This document shows, one piece after another, positions 63,925 to 64,000 of a stretch of 64,000 bases of DNA (its first letter is position 1; every line of letters starts with the position of its first letter). The stretch lies in contig CP158635.1 of NCBI GenBank assembly GCA_050273025.1, forward strand, positions 24,118,001 through 24,182,000, in the 5' to 3' direction. Made by a program: the position numbers and the translations under genes. The notes beneath the pieces were generated by a model that did no database searches, was not told the origin of the DNA, and worked only from the letters and a program-made list of their open reading frames with translations. This DNA comes from Cenococcum geophilum (taxonomy: Eukaryota).

Positions 63925-64000
63925 TATAACGAAGCCTTATAGTAGGAACTATGGTGGACTTATTAATGGGCCAGGTATATAGGTAAATAAGAAGTTAACA
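63925..64000. repeat. Start of a further Gypsy-1 LTR, running off the window
   Basis: tataacgaagccttatagtaggaactatggtggacttattaatgggc matches the LTR at 50134. Confidence 0.85.

Overview
Gene-free, AT-rich block of nested transposable elements from a filamentous ascomycete. Nearly every coding region is broken by RIP-type C>T/G>A mutation (TpA excess; CAA/CAG/TGG converted to stops), and no intact host gene is evident. From left to right: a Mutator-like transposase relic and a MITE. Next is a Helitron-like Rep/PIF1 gene split into six pieces by Copia-1 (itself holding a Gypsy and an hAT-bounded element with further nests), a GalEa-type Copia, a non-autonomous Copia-1 derivative holding an hAT transposon, and two ~1 kb non-coding retroposons. 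Then come a second Gypsy family and a second copy of Gypsy-1, which holds a TA-flanked composite element with satellite cargo and a pogo/Fot1 transposon. Most boundaries are fixed by target-site duplications (TSDs) read from the sequence. The standout observation is that the two ~1 kb non-coding inserts (34305-35301 minus, 40476-41483 plus) each start exactly at a predicted HDV-like self-cleaving ribozyme. Their helices covary between the two copies, they end in LINE-like 3' tails and carry 12-13 bp TSDs. A third, 5'-truncated relative lies at ~18478-20303. Together they suggest a family of ribozyme-headed non-autonomous retroposons.
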